From assembly GCF_001194135.2 (NCBI RefSeq), contig NC_068986.1, positions 18,228,569 to 18,267,173 of the forward strand: 38,605 nucleotides of DNA. The letters run 5' to 3'. Source of the stretch: Octopus bimaculoides (taxonomy: Eukaryota). The notes under the pieces are model-generated. The model did no database searches and was not told the DNA's origin. It saw only the letters and a list, made by a program, of their open reading frames with translations. Below are positions 34,433-38,605 of this stretch, piece by piece; position 1 is the first letter of the stretch, and each line of letters opens with the position of its first letter. The position numbers and the translations under genes are program-made.

Positions 34433-35282
34433 AAGATAGAGAGATAGAGAGAGAGNNNNNNNNNNNNNNNNNNNNNNNNNNNNNNNNNNNNNNNNNNNNN
34501 NNNNNNNNNNNNNNNNNNNNNNNNNNNNNNNNNNNNNNNNNNNNNNNNNNNNNNNNNNNNNNNNNNNNNNNNNNNNNNNNNNNNNNNNNNNNNNNNNNNN
34601 NNNNNNNNNNNNNNNNNNNNNNNNNNNNNNNNNNNNNNNNNNNNNNNNNNNNNNNNNNNNNNNNNNNNNNNNNNNNNNNNNNNNNNNNNNNNNNNNNNNN
34701 NNNNNNNNNNNNNNNNNNNNNNNNNNNNNNNNNNNNNNNNNNNNNNNNNNNNNNNNNNNNNNNNNNNNNNNNNNNNNNNNNNNNNNNNNNNNNNNNNNNN
34801 NNNNNNNNNNNNNNNNNNNNNNNNNNNNNNNNNNNNNNNNNNNNNNNNNNNNNNNNNNNNNNNNNNNNNNNNNNNNNNNNNNNNNNNNNNNNNNNNNNNN
34901 NNNNNNNNNNNNNNNNNNNNNNNNNNNNNNNNNNNNNNNNNNNNNNNNNNNNNNNNNNNNNNNNNNNNNNNNNNNNNNNNNNNNNNNNNNNNNNNNNNNN
35001 NNNNNNNNNNNNNNNNNNNNNNNNNNNNNNNNNNNNNNNNNNNNNNNNNNNNNNNNNNNNNNNNNNNNNNNNNNNNNNNNNNNNNNNNNNNNNNNNNNNN
35101 NNNNNNNNNNNNNNNNNNNNNNNNNNNNNNNNNNNNNNNNNNNNNNNNNNNNNNNNNNNNNNNNNNNNNNNNNNNNNNNNNNNNNNNNNNNNNNNNNNNN
35201 NNNNNNNNNNNNNNNNNNNNNNNNNNNNNNNNNNNNNNNNNNNNNNNNNNNNNNNNNNNNNNATATATGTATAAGTTCTAAG

Positions 35283-36087
35283 TTAATCTAATTCGAAATA
35301 ATCACGCTGTGCGGCAATACACCGGAACCAGCATTGCTGCCGCATTTGGAAACTCACCTGGTAGCTATTTTTCTTAAGCAAGGTGAGAACCTTCTCCGAT
35401 TAGCTCATGATCTCTATAACGGTCTTACATTTACATTTTGAGGAAGAAATAGAAGGCAGGTGCAGAAGCGATACCATGTTGTTTATGACGAGAATCTTGC
35501 GAGTGATGAGAGCTAGGTGACGTGGTGCCTTGTTGTCGTCCAGGATCCAATTCTTGGCGCTCCACAGATCCGGAAGCTTTCACCGAATTTCCTTCCTCAA
35601 ACGCTTTAAAACGTTGTAGTAGAACTGTCGAGTAACGGTCTAGCCGTTCGGCATGAATTCTCGATGCACAACACCACTTTTCCGGGAGTGACGCTCGTGG
35701 CAGGTCATGCTAATCGTCCATCATTTTCGAGGGAAATTCTTCCGCTTTTGAAGAGCCCATACGACACAAATCATTCGTACGCCCTATTACCTTGCCACAG
35801 TAAGCTTGCCGAAGTATGCTCAATGTCTGTAGCAGACATTCCAAGTTTCACGCAAAATTTTGCGTTAGCTCTTTGTTCCTGTCCGTGAAAAAATTCGCAG
35901 ATTATAGCATACACGTGATCACAAAAAAAGAAACAAGTATCACAACTAGAGCAGTAATCACAACGATGCTACTCGGTACACTGCCTCACGGAGGTCAAAG
36001 CTAGTTCTCAATGATCATGCAACCGTGTGCTGACATGTGTTGACGCGTTACAAAACAAGTCCGGCTACTTTTTGATATCCTCTCGTA
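35283..36087 (-). mobile_element. Internally deleted mariner element (second family)
   Basis: TIR-like start TA-cgagaggatatcaaaaagtagccggact at 36087; KFCVKLGMSATD, FKSGRISLEND, then directly GVVHREFMPNG*TVTRQFYYNVLKRLRKEIR, WILDDNKAPRH, and terminal CIAAQRDYFELD*. Confidence 0.9.
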
Positions 36088-36303
36088 TATATACATATAT
36101 NNNNNNNNNNNNNNNNNNNNNNNNNNNNNNNNNNNNNNNNNNNNNNNNNNNNNNNNNNNNNNNNNNNNNNNNNNNNNNNNNNNNNNNNNNNNNNNNNNNN
36201 NNNNNNNNNNNNNNNNNNNNNNNNNNNNNNNNNNNNNNNNNNNNNNNNNNNNNNNNNNNNNNNNNNNNNNNNNNNNNNNNNNNNNNNNNNNNNNNNNNNT
36301 ATA

Positions 36304-36309
<6 letters not shown>

Positions 36310-36339
<30 letters not shown>

Positions 36340-36375
36340 TGTATGTATGTATGTATGTATGTATGTATGTATGTA
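36310..36375. repeat. (TATG)n microsatellite
   Basis: Direct reading. Confidence 0.96.
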
Positions 36376-36656
36376 CATGCATATGTATACATACACATAT
36401 TTAATATTTGGGACTAATTGGTATATATTGATCGTGTTTGAGTGCTGAGTAGAGCGGTGGCACAGTTTGGGCTACCTTGTGTCATCCGATGTCGGGGTGT
36501 ATTTCGGTCATATCTACCTCAGGAATCCGCAGTGTAGAGGATGATAATAATATTTATTTCTTAAATAACGAGATGGGTTGGTATTAATGTTTATTAAAAA
36601 TGCATAGTAAATCCATCTTCTCGTTACTTAAAGAATAATTATTATTATATACGTAT

Positions 36657-36688
<32 letters not shown>

Positions 36689-36743
36689 ACACACATACAC
36701 ATACACATACACACACACATACACACACACACACACATGTAAT

Positions 36744-37655
36744 TACAGGGTGGATAAGATATATGAAGGCACATATTTGGGTCACTACTGCATTTTTTAC
36801 TAACTCCGTATATTTGATTCATAAAATAATGGCAGACCCTCAGTTTACTCGAGAAAGGAAAGTGTATGCTATTATTGTGCTTATTAAGGCTGTGCATAGC
36901 GACTTAGAAATATTTCAATTTTTAACAGTTGCGAGATCTTTCACCTACAAAGTTTGTAAGGGCGTAGAGACTGGAGACGGAAACGTATCAACACTCTGAA
37001 ATCATCAGAACGCCTGAATTTATTCAGCATGTTCAACAGACCATTGATTACAATCGCAGAAAGCCTATCAGGTCAGTTGCAAAAACTGTCCATGTGTCTG
37101 GAGGAACTGTCAGAAATGTCTTCCACGAAGACATCAGATATAAGTCTTCTATAATGAGAAAATGTAAATTCGTCAGAAAAAGCAAAACAAAATCTCTTCA
37201 TCAGATCTAAAAGCCTCTTAAACAAACTGAAAAATCGATCAGAAGAAGAGTTGATTTGGTTTTACTCAAACGAGAAATACTTCGACCAAGTTCAAAAAGT
37301 TAACAGAAATAAAAGACCCTTCTGAAGTTCCAAGTGTTATGCATATAAACTTTCCTGCAACAGTCATGATTTTAGGGGTTGTAGGCAATGAAGGACATGT
37401 GATATTTCCTTACTTCTTTCCACAAGGCCTTAGAGTTAACTCTGCCGCCTACATGGAGGTCCTGGACCACTTTATTCGACCTTGTGGATGATTAAGATCT
37501 CATATAGAAGCCGTTGTTGAAGCTGAAGGTGGCTTTATTGAATATCATTATAGAAAAGGTTTATATTTATCGCCACAGACTTTTTTGATATATAAAGTTA
37601 TTATCTGTTATTTTATATCTGTTTTTTTTTTACACATAAATCTGTCCTCAAATAT
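36744..37655 (+). mobile_element. Internally deleted Tc1/mariner element, maT/Bmmar1 (DD37D)-like
   Basis: TIR-like TAcagggtggataagatat at 36744; ATG 36829 MADPQFTRER; IIRTPEFIQHVQQTID..RKPIRSVAK; WFYSNEKYFDQ; FPATVMILGVVGNEGHV; LRVNSAAYMEVL joined directly to IEAVVEAEGGFIE. Family assignment from motif memory, because the DD37D segment itself is deleted. Confidence 0.8.
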
Positions 37656-38380
37656 TTTACGTGCCATGCATAAATACATACGTACATACATACATGCATA
37701 CATACATACATACATACATACATACATACATACGTNNNNNNNNNNNNNNNNNNNNNNNNNNNNNNNNNNNNNNNNNNNNNNNNNNNNNNNNNNNNNNNNN
37801 NNNNNNNNNNNNNNNNNNNNNNNNNNNNNNNNNNNNNNNNNNNNNNNNNNNNNNNNNNNNNNNNNNNNNNNNNNNNNNNNNNNNNNNNNNNNNNNNNNNN
37901 NNNNNNNNNNNNNNNNNNNNNNNNNNNNNNNNNNNNNNNNNNNNNNNNNNNNNNNNNNNNNNNNNNNNNNNNNATATATATATATATATATATACATACA
38001 TGCATACAAGACGGATTCTTTCAGTATCAATCTTCCAATTACGCTTTAGTAGACGCAAATAGCTTACATTCCATATTACGTCGACCCATATGGCATAATG
38101 GTCGACCTAGTATGTAGTGTAAGAGAGTAGTGTAAATGCTGGAAGATCGTAATTATCTTTCCATATCGTCCTGCATCTAATGTACCATTGTTGGATCTCC
38201 AGACTCGTTTATTTTATAAGAGTTCCTACATTTTACAACTGTTAATTTTGGTCAGTATATTCCTGTTCTACACCGGAACATCCACCATGTAAATTATACT
38301 TGCATACACACATGCATACATGCATACGCATACATGCATACGCATACACACGCACGCATAGGCACACACATATTTATTCA

Positions 38381-38386
38381 GATAGT

Positions 38387-38436
<50 letters not shown>

Positions 38437-38454
38437 TATAGATAGATAGATATG

Positions 38455-38512
<58 letters not shown>

Positions 38513-38602
38513 TATAGATAGACAGACAGACAGACAGACATACAGACAGACAGACATACAGACAGACAGACATACAGACAGACGGATAGATAGATAGATA
38601 TA
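38381..38602. repeat. (GATA)n-(GACA)n microsatellite
   Basis: Direct reading. Confidence 0.97.
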
Positions 38603-38605
38603 GCA

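Noticed and set aside
1588-38062. Long ORFs in the supplied track (for example 457 aa, 384 aa, 362 aa, 295 aa)
   Set aside because: They are stop-free only because they cross N gaps or microsatellites (YIYI, CVCV, poly-I/Y/N, KERK).

Overview
AT-rich animal genomic DNA with no recognisable intact protein-coding gene. About 13% is assembly gap (13 N-runs, nearly all flanked by microsatellites). The repeat repertoire and microsatellite load look like an octopus/coleoid cephalopod draft assembly (inference from my recognition of the SINE families, not verified). Content: three decayed Tc1/mariner transposons of different families; three fragments of R4/Dong-type (restriction-like endonuclease) LINEs; an RTE-like LINE 3' end with three degenerate C2H2 fingers; a DINE-1/HINE-like element; about 15 SINE copies from at least four families; and many microsatellites. 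Almost all ORFs in the supplied track are artefacts of N-gaps or microsatellites. The most interesting signal is a cluster of (TAA)n-anchored retroelements at 6.9-16.1 kb, including an unexplained ~617-bp non-coding element bounded by TAA repeats on both sides. Other notable signals are a thrice-repeated 15-mer with a bZIP-type core, nested SINEs with readable target-site duplications, and several fold-back structures. A few small splice-site-bounded segments on the + strand could be exons of a host gene but are weakly supported. Coordinates were counted by eye and ends of decayed repeats are approximate.
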